Positions 1-7,236 of a stretch of DNA of 64,000 nucleotides are shown one piece after another. The notes below the pieces were generated by a model that was not told where the DNA came from, did no database searches, and saw nothing but the letters and a program-made list of their open reading frames with translations. The stretch's first letter is position 1. The number at the start of each line of letters is the position of its first letter. Origin of the DNA: Solirubrobacterales bacterium (GTDB lineage: Bacteria; Actinomycetota; Thermoleophilia; Solirubrobacterales; 70-9); assembly GCA_036280745.1 (NCBI GenBank), contig DASUQC010000026.1, positions 209 to 64,208 of the forward strand, given 5' to 3'. The translations under genes were made by a program, and so were the position numbers.

Positions 1-2179
1 GTTGACCAGAAACCGCTGGTAGCAGATCGGTGGCACACGCCCGTAGGTGCGGAATTGCCGATGGTCCTACCTTTCCTTGGGCCGCCGCCAAGAGCAACTC
101 CGGCACAACAATTCGGCGCTGATCGAGCGGCATTCTGGTAACCAGGTGACTAACCGTGCGCTCGCAGTCAGACCACTGCCAGCCCCACCAAGACTCATGC
201 GGACGTAGCCAACGCAGCAAGGACGCAACCAAGAGGGGATCGTAGTAGGAGCGGAACACCGCCGAAAGCTCAAAGACTCGATATTCCGGAGAGTCAGCAG
301 GCCGAATGGCCCGCGCCTGCTCCATGGCAGCTCCGACGGCCGCGAACGTCGCCCGCGCGGAAAGCGCCTCGCCGAATATCGCATTGGGCGTTAGGCGGTC
401 TTTATCTCGCGCACCCCAGAAGAGAGGAGGCCGTTTGCTTCCGCTGCCGCCCCCGCAAAGGCTCAATCTCTTTTCCCAGAAGGGGATAACGCTCTTCTCC
501 AGTTCTGAGTCGTCCAGCTCTTCCAACAACGCCAGCTCGTCACGCAAGGGAGAGCGGTCGGGAAGAAGCGTCTTCCATGCGCAAAACAGACGCCTCTGTC
601 CGTCCTGCTCATACCCATAGCCGTTGGTTAGGCCCTTCCACTCCCGCTCGGTTGCAGGGCGAGAGTGCATAACGAGGCCTTGGAGCGCAAAATCGGGGTC
701 TTCCTTCGCAGTCTGCACCCCCATAAGACCGCGCTGAAGCAGGACCCCAGTCACGGTACCGAGACAGAAGACAAGAACCCGCTCCGCATCCCTCACCTTC
801 TCCTTGACTTCGGCTGAAAGCCCATCCTCGTCGACAGGAAAGGGAAGGGCTTTAGCGCATCGGGGCGCGAGCGTGTGCCGCACTTTCCCCCAGAAGCTTT
901 TCCATCCTTTGAATTCAAGCTCGTGTTGGGGAACGAGGACAATGTCAGGATCGGAATCCAGGCCTTCGTCGTGGAGCGATTTCACGCGCTTAAGAAAGCC
1001 TTTCGACAGCTCGGCATGCGTAAGCATTCGCTCAATCCGAACTGCGATCGGCATTGAGGGCCGATGAAAGCCGATTGCGGGATGCGGGTGAGCCTCTACT
1101 CGCACCGCCTGTTTCGCGTCAGCAATTTCCCAATACTCCTTGTTGTCTAGAGCCTTGGCGACGGACGGGGTGGTCAGTCGTAGCTGTGAAGGGAGCATCT
1201 CGTCCAAGGTCCGCGGGCTGATTGGACAAATTCGGGCCTTGTCAGCAGACCGACAGAGGTCGCACGTCGTGTCGTAGAACCCTTCCTCGACAATGGGCAC
1301 TTCTCCCTGCAGGGGCGACCAGACGTCGATGGTCTCTGGCAAGGGGCTTGATGATTTTCGGATCATTACTTGAAGGCTCACCTGCTTCAGGCTTGGGCGC
1401 TTCCCCTCGAGGGCGGAAAACAGACGATCCAGAACGGCTCCAGTTGAGCTGATCGACAGAAGTGCGAGCACATTGCCCTCTGGGCTTGCCGCGAAATTGA
1501 TGGCGGAGTCGACATCTGCGGAGGTACGCGGATATTGATCTAGGACCGCCACAGGATTTGGCGTCAGACCGGCCCTTTCCATGTTGCGGATAGAGGCCAG
1601 GACGACGGGGTTGAGAACCCCCGTGTCAATTACAAATCCCATTCGGTCTACGAGAGACCGGTTCAGCCAGGACGCAAGCACTTCAGCGTCGCGCGGCTCG
1701 CGGATGGCATCAGCAAGACGAATGTACTCTCCGGCATGCTCCCCCGAGGGCAAGAGATAGTGGTAGGTCTTGGGGCGCCAGATCGCTTCACTCCACTCCA
1801 GAAGGGCCTGTAACTCGACTAAGCGGGCTTGGAGAAGGAGACGGGTGCGATCCCCTTTTGCTATCTCCGAGCCGTGCAGCAAGGTGAGGTCGGGCTCTTT
1901 CCCTACTGGCTGCTCCAGAAGGGTGATGCTCTGCTTCAAACCCCAACGCTCAAAGAGGCGCCGAGCCTCCTCGATGAATTCGTCGCGATTTTTCCCCGAG
2001 AGATCGGGCCGAATCACCATTGGGATGTATGGCGACCGGATCGCCGCAGAATCTACGCCTCGCAAGACCTCAAGATCCGCGGATCTATCGAGGTCCACAA
2101 GCACTACGGCATCACCCTTGGGCTCTCCGTGAACTCGCGTTCCAGATCCCCGGATTGAGACGTACGCGTCGCGGTTCAC
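1..2179 (-). CDS. Large hypothetical protein with two tandem phosphoribosyltransferase (PRTase)-like regions. It is 3'-truncated by the window edge (at least 726 aa) and absent from the supplied ORF track.
   Basis: Manual reverse-complement translation gives an uninterrupted frame from GTG at 2179 (in-frame stop at 2192-2194 just upstream) to position 1. It begins MNRDAYVSIRGSGTRVHGEPKGDAVVLVDL and ends, still open, at ...ATDLLPAVSGQ. Reverse stop triplets (tta/cta/tca) that I spot-checked fall only in the other two frames. There are two PRPP-loop-like signatures: NVLALLSISSTGAVL (1430-1471) and RVLVFCLGTVTGVLL (737-778). A Cys cluster TTCDLCRSADKARICP is also present. The start lies 25 nt downstream of the stop of the co-oriented gene at 2205-3155. 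Confidence 0.7.
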   Translation of the reverse strand, partial: MNRDAYVSIRGSGTRVHGEPKGDAVVLVDLDRSADLEVLRGVDSAAIRSPYIPMVIRPDLSGKNRDEFIEEARRLFERWGLKQSITLLEQPVGKEPDLTLLHGSEIAKGDRTRLLLQARLVELQALLEWSEAIWRPKTYHYLLPSGEHAGEYIRLADAIREPRDAEVLASWLNRSLVDRMGFVIDTGVLNPVVLASIRNMERAGLTPNPVAVLDQYPRTSADVDSAINFAASPEGNVLALLSISSTGAVLDRLFSALEGKRPSLKQVSLQVMIRKSSSPLPETIDVWSPLQGEVPIVEEGFYDTTCDLCRSADKARICPISPRTLDEMLPSQLRLTTPSVAKALDNKEYWEIADAKQAVRVEAHPHPAIGFHRPSMPIAVRIERMLTHAELSKGFLKRVKSLHDEGLDSDPDIVLVPQHELEFKGWKSFWGKVRHTLAPRCAKALPFPVDEDGLSAEVKEKVRDAERVLVFCLGTVTGVLLQRGLMGVQTAKEDPDFALQGLVMHSRPATEREWKGLTNGYGYEQDGQRRLFCAWKTLLPDRSPLRDELALLEELDDSELEKSVIPFWEKRLSLCGGGSGSKRPPLFWGARDKDRLTPNAIFGEALSARATFAAVGAAMEQARAIRPADSPEYRVFELSAVFRSYYDPLLVASLLRWLRPHESWWGWQWSDCERTVSHLVTRMPLDQRRIVVPELLLAAAQGKVGPSAIPHLRACATDLLPAVSGQ

Positions 2180-2204
2180 GCCTGCCCCACTTTAGAACGG
2201 TTGG

Positions 2205-3155
2205 TCAGACAGGAAGCGTAACGACTACCAGCGTACCTTCAACCTCCGCTGCTCTCGAAACCTCGGGTTTACCGTCGCCGGCACCCCGATGGCAGCGATA
2301 CTCGCCGCTGGCGATAAGCATCGCTGCGGACTGGGTCTCTTCAACGATCTCGTAGCATTTCGACAGGCCTATGCCGCGAGCGCGACCCCAGCCGGGAAGA
2401 TCGCCTGAGAGAAGATCCTCAAAAAGTTTCTTCTCAGAAGGAGCACTATCACCGAGCTTGGCCCTTAGAGTCGACTCAATTCCAGGGCCAGTATCGGAGA
2501 TACAAACAGAGAAAAAGCGACGGGCGTCTTTTTTCCAAAGCCTTATCCAAACCTGGGACTTGAGTGGAGCCCTATCGTCTAAGACAGCGTGCTCACGGAT
2601 GTTTCCAACAAGCTCACTCACAAAGAAGCCCGCTCGCTCCACAGCTCGCTGGACATGCTGCGCCCCCTCATCTTCTAGTCGCCTGAAGAGCCAGCGGCGA
2701 ATCAGCGAGCTGATACCCGAGTTGCCAGCGACGGGAAAGGTGAGATGTGGATCGTTGAACGTCGCGTATTCAGGTCCAGAAAGGCCTTCAGGACGCTCTT
2801 CATCGGGTGACGAGAAAAGAGCATTGGAGAAGCGGCGGGAGCCCGGGGTCCAGGTACGAGTCCACTCAGTTGACCGCAGACTTTTTGGCTCAACTGAGTG
2901 GGTTGCCCGGCTGATCGCAGATGCGAGACCTAAGCTTGGGAATGCGTCGGCCAGGTTGCCGCTGACGGTCACCCGGAGCGACCGCCTATCGGCAAGAAAG
3001 AACCAATGCAGGAGTCCGATCGCCATTGGTTCGAAAGCCGGCGGACTTTTGAGCTCAATGACGACATCGTCATCTGGCGCGACGAGATCCGACAGACTCC
3101 CGAAGGCGTCCTCAAGGCGTTCCTCGTTTAGTTCATCTATCGAAAACGTCGTCAT
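2205..3155 (-). CDS. GHKL-superfamily (HATPase_c, RsbW/SpoIIAB/histidine-kinase-like) ATPase or protein-kinase-like protein with an uncharacterised N-terminal domain, possibly STAS-like.
   Basis: The C-terminal half carries Bergerat-fold boxes: an N-box (ELVGNIREHA), a G1 box (ISDTGPGI) and a G2 box (GRARGIGLSKC). I place the start at the internal ATG at 3153-3155 (MTTFSIDELNEERLED). The 132 codons upstream in the track ORF 2205..3551 are low-complexity Arg/Ser/Pro text. Confidence 0.7.
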   Translation of the reverse strand: MTTFSIDELNEERLEDAFGSLSDLVAPDDDVVIELKSPPAFEPMAIGLLHWFFLADRRSLRVTVSGNLADAFPSLGLASAISRATHSVEPKSLRSTEWTRTWTPGSRRFSNALFSSPDEERPEGLSGPEYATFNDPHLTFPVAGNSGISSLIRRWLFRRLEDEGAQHVQRAVERAGFFVSELVGNIREHAVLDDRAPLKSQVWIRLWKKDARRFFSVCISDTGPGIESTLRAKLGDSAPSEKKLFEDLLSGDLPGWGRARGIGLSKCYEIVEETQSAAMLIASGEYRCHRGAGDGKPEVSRAAEVEGTLVVVTLPV

Positions 3156-3310
3156 AGGGCAGGCCTGTCGCCACGATCTCCGTTGGCTCCAAAATGGGAA
3201 AAACAGATTAATGTAGATGAGGCACCGGACGTAGTTTTCTCTCCCTCTGACTGCGCTATCTGCGACATCGCGCGCCTCCAGCCTCCTATTTGCTTCGGCT
3301 TCGCTGCTAA

Positions 3311-3326
3311 TGTTCTTTAAAGAACA
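3311..3326. promoter_or_regulatory. 16-bp perfect palindrome TGTTCTTTAAAGAACA in the divergent intergenic region; candidate operator.
   Basis: The sequence is exactly self-complementary. It is AT-rich and lies 9 nt upstream of the TTG at 3335, inside the 179-bp gap between the divergent genes at 2205-3155 (-) and 3335-4009 (+). Confidence 0.4.
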
Positions 3327-3334
3327 TCTCGATT

Positions 3335-4009
3335 TTGGAAGAGGCGTCGGACGTTGCGATGAACCAGGCAGAGAGCAAGACCGCAGTGGCGTCGACCGTT
3401 GCAGCCGAGCTGCGCGGGATCCGTGGGGCCGACCAAGCGGACTGGTTCCAAGGCCAGCTCGAGGTGGGCGTTGGTGAGCGTGGGCGCAAAGATGCTTTGA
3501 AGCAGCGAAAAGCAAAGTCTCCTTGGGACGCGAAGCGTGGTCGAAAGCCATCGGAGGGGGAGGATCGAGAAGATCTCGGCTCCGCTGACGGCTGGCTCTG
3601 GGACACCGTAGAAGTCGATCCGTTCAAGCTCGACCTCCAGCAGGCGATGGTCCTGCTACCAGGGGTTCAGGATCCGGAGAGCGTCCTTTCCCACCTCAGG
3701 TCGACTATCGGCGTTGTCAAGGTGTACGAGTCGTACGGCGGAGTCGGCGGCAGTTTGATCGTCGCCCACCTCGTCTACATGGGAGCCCAGCGACGGGGGC
3801 AGCTAGATGCTCGCCTTCGTGAGTTGCAGATGCCGTTCGAGTGGCTGGAGTTGCGTTCCGTAAGTCCCTCGCGCCCGTTTGAGGGCAGACCCGCCGCAGC
3901 GACCTGGGAAGCCTTGGCACAGCAGTTCGCCGAACTTGAGGGGCTCAAGCTGGAGCGAGTCAGCGTCAAGACGCCGCCCTGGCAGGAACATGCTTCGAAA
4001 CCAGGATGA
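3335..4009 (+). CDS. Hypothetical protein, an orphan transcribed divergently from the GHKL/PRTase-like operon.
   Basis: This is a 224-codon ORF (TTG at 3335, alternative ATG at 3359) with protein-like composition and codon pattern (for example VKVYESYGGVGGSLIVAHLVYMG and ATWEALAQQFAELEGLKLERV). No motif was recognised. It conflicts with the antisense ORF 3775..4296, which looks less protein-like. Confidence 0.45.
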   Translation: MEEASDVAMNQAESKTAVASTVAAELRGIRGADQADWFQGQLEVGVGERGRKDALKQRKAKSPWDAKRGRKPSEGEDREDLGSADGWLWDTVEVDPFKLDLQQAMVLLPGVQDPESVLSHLRSTIGVVKVYESYGGVGGSLIVAHLVYMGAQRRGQLDARLRELQMPFEWLELRSVSPSRPFEGRPAAATWEALAQQFAELEGLKLERVSVKTPPWQEHASKPG

Positions 4010-4339
4010 GGGTCACCTAGGTATCGAACCAAGGAAACGATTGCGATAGGAGGGTTGGTTTCGCTCGGCGATGACACAGGCCGGAGGTCCACGGACGAGC
4101 GCGGAGACCATGAGTAGGGGATCTGGACACGCTCACCGAAAACGACGACGTTCTCGGTTCCTGGAAGGGCAGCACTCCGCACCCTGATGATCTTGGGGCT
4201 CGCGGATCGGATCGCAGTCGATCGCCAAGCGCGGCATGCAGCATGATCATCAGCGATCAGCTCTTCCGGCTCGGTCAAAGCCGAACTGGCTGGCATTGGA
4301 GAATTTGATTGGCTCCGCTTGCGGAAATAGCCAGCCTCC

Positions 4340-4460
4340 GAAATGAGACAGAAATGAGACTCCGAGGCGGCGGAACCGTACGGAACGGCCAGAAGGGCAC
4401 GGAACGCGGGATCTGAGTCGGGACAGAAGGTTCCGCTCTGTAAAGCGAAAAACGCGGAAC
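4340..4460. repeat. Cluster of short repeats next to the tRNA 3' end: GAAATGAGAC twice in near tandem, and CGGAAC four times direct plus once inverted.
   Basis: GAAATGAGAC occurs at 4340-4349 and 4351-4360. CGGAAC occurs at 4371-4376, 4381-4386, 4400-4405 and 4455-4460. The inverted copy GTTCCG is at 4430-4435. No convincing ORF covers 4010-4479. Confidence 0.35.
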
Positions 4461-4479
4461 CTCAAGGAACAGCAAGGAA

Positions 4480-4575
4480 TGCGCCCGACGGGAGTCGAAC
4501 CCGCGACCTTCGGCTTGAAAGACCGACGCTCTTTGGGCCCCCGAAAGGACCCGTTGACCACTGAGCTACGGGCGC
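4480..4575 (-). tRNA. Atypical 96-nt tRNA-like gene. The anticodon loop CUUUCAA gives UUC, Glu by anticodon. The D-loop carries about 20 extra nt, so the isotype is uncertain.
   Basis: The reverse complement reads GCGCCCG TA GCTC [31-nt loop AGTGGTCAACGGGTCCTTTCGGGGGCCCAAA] GAGC G TCGGT CTTTCAA GCCGA AGGTC GCGGG TTCGACT CCCGT CGGGCGC A. It has a perfect 7-bp acceptor stem, a canonical T-arm with GTTCGA, and 5-bp anticodon and T stems. No CCA is encoded. Confidence 0.6.
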
Positions 4576-4670
4576 CTGTTGGCAATCGTAGCCGCGCGGG
4601 CTTGTTTGAGCGCTGCCGCCTCGCTGTCGCCTGACCGGGTGCTCTGCGGGCGGGCGGTAGTTTCCTGGCC

Positions 4671-5426
4671 ATGGACTTGGGGCTGCAGGATCGCGTCGCC
4701 CTGGTGATGGGCGCCAGCCGGGGCATCGGGCGCGGGATCGCCGGGGTGCTCGCTCGCGAGGGCGCCCGGGTCGCGATCGCCAGCCGCTCGCTCGAGCGCC
4801 TGGAGGAAGCAGCGGCCGAGATCGGCCCGCAGGCCACTCCCTTCGTCGCCGACGCCGCGGACACCGAGCGGATGGCCTCCCTCCCCGCCGAGGTCGCCGA
4901 CGCGCTCGGCCCGGTCGAGGTCCTCGTCCTCAACACCGGCGGACCGCCCTTCGGCGGCGCGCTCGACCACGAGCTCGACGAGTGGGAGCAGGCCTACCGC
5001 TCGCTCGTCCTCGGCCCGCGCGTCCTCGCCGGCGCCGTCGTCCCCGGCATGCGCGAGCGCGGCTGGGGCCGGATCGTCAACGTCGGCTCCCTCGCCACCC
5101 GCGAGCCGATCCCCGGCCTCAACCTCTCCAACGCCCACCGGATGGCCGCGGTCGGGTTCCTCAAGACCCTCGCGAGCGAGGTCGCCGGCGACGGGATCAC
5201 CGTCAACACCGTCGCCACCGGCCGCTTCGCCACCGAACGGCTCGCCGACCACACCGGGTCGCTCGCGGCGGCCGAAGAGGCGGCCCGCACGCAGGTCCCC
5301 GCCGGCCGCCTCGGCCATCCCGACGAGTTCGGCGACCTCGTCGCCTTCCTCGCCTCCGAGCGCGCCGCCTACGTCACCGGGACCGTGGTCCCGATCGACG
5401 GCGGCGTCCTTCGCTCCGCCTTCTAG
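4671..5426 (+). CDS. SDR-family oxidoreductase (FabG-like)
   Basis: 251 aa with an N-terminal Rossmann glycine motif (VMGASRGIGRGIA) and typical classical-SDR length. Confidence 0.88.
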   Translation: MDLGLQDRVALVMGASRGIGRGIAGVLAREGARVAIASRSLERLEEAAAEIGPQATPFVADAADTERMASLPAEVADALGPVEVLVLNTGGPPFGGALDHELDEWEQAYRSLVLGPRVLAGAVVPGMRERGWGRIVNVGSLATREPIPGLNLSNAHRMAAVGFLKTLASEVAGDGITVNTVATGRFATERLADHTGSLAAAEEAARTQVPAGRLGHPDEFGDLVAFLASERAAYVTGTVVPIDGGVLRSAF

Positions 5427-5698
5427 CCCGCCTGGCCGGCGCGCAGCTCGCCGGCGCGGATCCGCTCGGCCATCGCCTTCGACTCGTCGCGGTAGGTGGT
5501 CCCGTCCTCGAACTCGATCGTCGGGTACTTGCGCTGGCCGGAGAGCTGCTCCAGCTCCTCGCGCTTGCCGGGGCGCAGCGGCCCCTTCACCACCTCGTAC
5601 TCGACCCCCGCCTCGTCGAGCGCCTTCTGCACCCGCCAGCACGGGTGGCCGTCGTACTTCGCGAACATCACCGGGCAGCGGTGGAGTTTCACGGCCAT
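5423..5698 (-). CDS. Small thioredoxin-fold protein (glutaredoxin-like / GST N-terminal-domain-like)
   Basis: 91 aa with an HPC motif (DGHPCWRVQKALDEAG) and YPTIEFEDG. A paralogue lies at 37920-38222. Confidence 0.65.
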   Translation of the reverse strand: MAVKLHRCPVMFAKYDGHPCWRVQKALDEAGVEYEVVKGPLRPGKREELEQLSGQRKYPTIEFEDGTTYRDESKAMAERIRAGELRAGQAG

Positions 5699-5720
5699 GC
5701 GCCCACCCTAACGCCGGAAC

Positions 5721-7220
5721 TCAGCTCTCGCCAGCGATCTCGCGCATCGCCGGATAGATGATCACGTCGCGCAGCGTCTTCGCCCCGGTCATGATCATCA
5801 GCAGCCGGTCGATCCCCAGCCCGCACCCGCTCGCCGGCGGCATCCCGTATTCGAGCGCGCGCACGAACTCTTCGTCGTGGGGATGCGGATCGGCCTCCGC
5901 CCCCGTTTCCTGGCGTTCGCGCTGCTTGACGAAGCGCACCTTCTGCTCGACCGGGTCGTTGAGGTCGGTCCCGCCGCCGACGATCTCCATCCCGGCGACG
6001 ATCCCGTCGAAGGCCTCGCAGATCCGCGGGCTCTCCTCGTGCACCTTGACCAGCGGCCAGATGTCGATCGGCAGGTCGATGATGTAGGTCGGCTGGATCA
6101 GCTTCGGCTCGACCAGCTTCCCCTGCAGCGTGTCCACCACCCCGGCCCAGTCGTCGTTCTCGTCGACGTCGTCGCCGGCCGCCTCCGCCAGTTCGTCCCG
6201 GCTCGCCTCGTAGATGTCGAGCCCGGTCTCGCGCAGCAGCTCGTCGCGCAGACGCACCCGCGGCCAGGGCGCCGCGAAGTCGATCTCGACCCCGTCGCGC
6301 TCGACCACCGTCGTCCCCATCGTCTTCTCGACCACGCTCGCGACCAGCGTCTCGACGAAGCGCATCACGCCTTCGTAGTCGGCCCCGCCGACGAACATCT
6401 CCAGCATCGTGAACTCGGGGTTGTGCTGGGGCGACATCCCCTCGTTGCGGAAGAACTTGCCGAACTCGTAGACGTCCTCAAAGCCGCCGACGATCGCCCG
6501 CTTCAGGTACAGCTCGGTCGCCGTGCGCAGGAAGAGGTCGCGGTCGAGCGCGTTGTGGTGGGTGACGAACGGCCGCGCCGCCGCCCCCCCAGTGAGCCGC
6601 TGCAGGACCGGCGTTTCCAGCTCCACCCACCCCCGCGAGTTCATGTGGTTGCGGACCTCCCAGAGCAGCTTCGCCCGCTTCTTGAAGATCTCGCGCGAGT
6701 CCGCGTTCGCCATCAGGTCGAGTTCGCGCTGGCGGTAGCGCGTGTCGGGGTCGGAGATGCCGTGGAAGAGGTCGGGCGGATCTTTGAGAGCCTTGGCCAG
6801 CAGGAAGCACTCGCGCACGCCGATCGCCAGCTGCCCGCGCTTGGTCACGTGCAGCGGCCCGACAATCCCGACCAGGTCGCCGATGTCGAGCTCCTCGACC
6901 CGGTCGAACGCCTCGTCGCCGAGCACGTCGCGCCGCGCGTAGGCCTGGATCGACCCGGTCACGTCGCGGACGTCGAGGAAGGCGGTCTTGCCGTGCCCGC
7001 GCTTGCCGACGATCCGGCCCATCACCCGGTAGGTGAACTCCCCGTGCTCGCCCTCGCCGAGCGCGGCCGGGTCGTGCGCGGCCTCGATCTCCTCGACGTG
7101 GTCGCGCTCTTCGAAGGAGTGCGGGTAGGGATCGACGCCGGCCTCGCGCAGCCGCTCGACCTTCGCCCTGCGTTGCTCCTCGGTAGAGCCGGCCGTCTCG
7201 GCCGCGCGGCTATCGCTCAT
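5721..7220 (-). CDS. lysS: Lysine--tRNA ligase (class II)
   Basis: 499 aa with an OB-fold N-domain (GRIVGKRGHGKTAFLDVRD) and class II motifs (FFRNEGMSPQHNPEFTMLE, GCGLGIDRLLM). Confidence 0.95.
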   Translation of the reverse strand: MSDSRAAETAGSTEEQRRAKVERLREAGVDPYPHSFEERDHVEEIEAAHDPAALGEGEHGEFTYRVMGRIVGKRGHGKTAFLDVRDVTGSIQAYARRDVLGDEAFDRVEELDIGDLVGIVGPLHVTKRGQLAIGVRECFLLAKALKDPPDLFHGISDPDTRYRQRELDLMANADSREIFKKRAKLLWEVRNHMNSRGWVELETPVLQRLTGGAAARPFVTHHNALDRDLFLRTATELYLKRAIVGGFEDVYEFGKFFRNEGMSPQHNPEFTMLEMFVGGADYEGVMRFVETLVASVVEKTMGTTVVERDGVEIDFAAPWPRVRLRDELLRETGLDIYEASRDELAEAAGDDVDENDDWAGVVDTLQGKLVEPKLIQPTYIIDLPIDIWPLVKVHEESPRICEAFDGIVAGMEIVGGGTDLNDPVEQKVRFVKQRERQETGAEADPHPHDEEFVRALEYGMPPASGCGLGIDRLLMIMTGAKTLRDVIIYPAMREIAGES

Positions 7221-7236
7221 CGCCCGCGAACTTACT

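Larger units (their letters stand above)
1..4479. mobile_element. Putative genomic island (only the right-hand part is in the window) abutting the 3' end of the tRNA at 4480-4575. No integrase is visible in the part shown.
   Basis: G+C is visibly lower than the rest of the window (hand counts of a few 60-nt lines give about 60%, against over 70% by eye in flanking housekeeping genes). The compositional change sits at the tRNA 3' end. The genes have no housekeeping character. Short repeats cluster at 4340-4460 next to the tRNA. Confidence 0.5.

Noticed and set aside
3156-3551. A 132-codon N-terminal extension of the GHKL gene (track ORF 2205..3551)
   Set aside because: The extension is Ser/Arg/Pro-rich and not protein-like. 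It would run through the AT-rich palindrome-containing gap and overlap the divergent gene. The internal ATG at 3155 gives a clean N-terminus.
3775-4296. A 173-aa minus-strand ORF in the island
   Set aside because: It would overlap the more protein-like plus-strand ORF 3335-4009 by 235 nt. Its sequence is Ser/Pro/Arg-rich with no motif. It is possibly a decayed gene remnant, but that is not supportable.
4480-4575. Interpretation of the 96-nt tRNA-like gene as tRNA-Sec or tmRNA because of its length
   Set aside because: The acceptor stem is 7 bp rather than 8. The extra nucleotides lie in the D-loop rather than a long variable arm. The anticodon loop reads CUUUCAA (UUC), not UCA. No tmRNA tag-reading-frame region is present.
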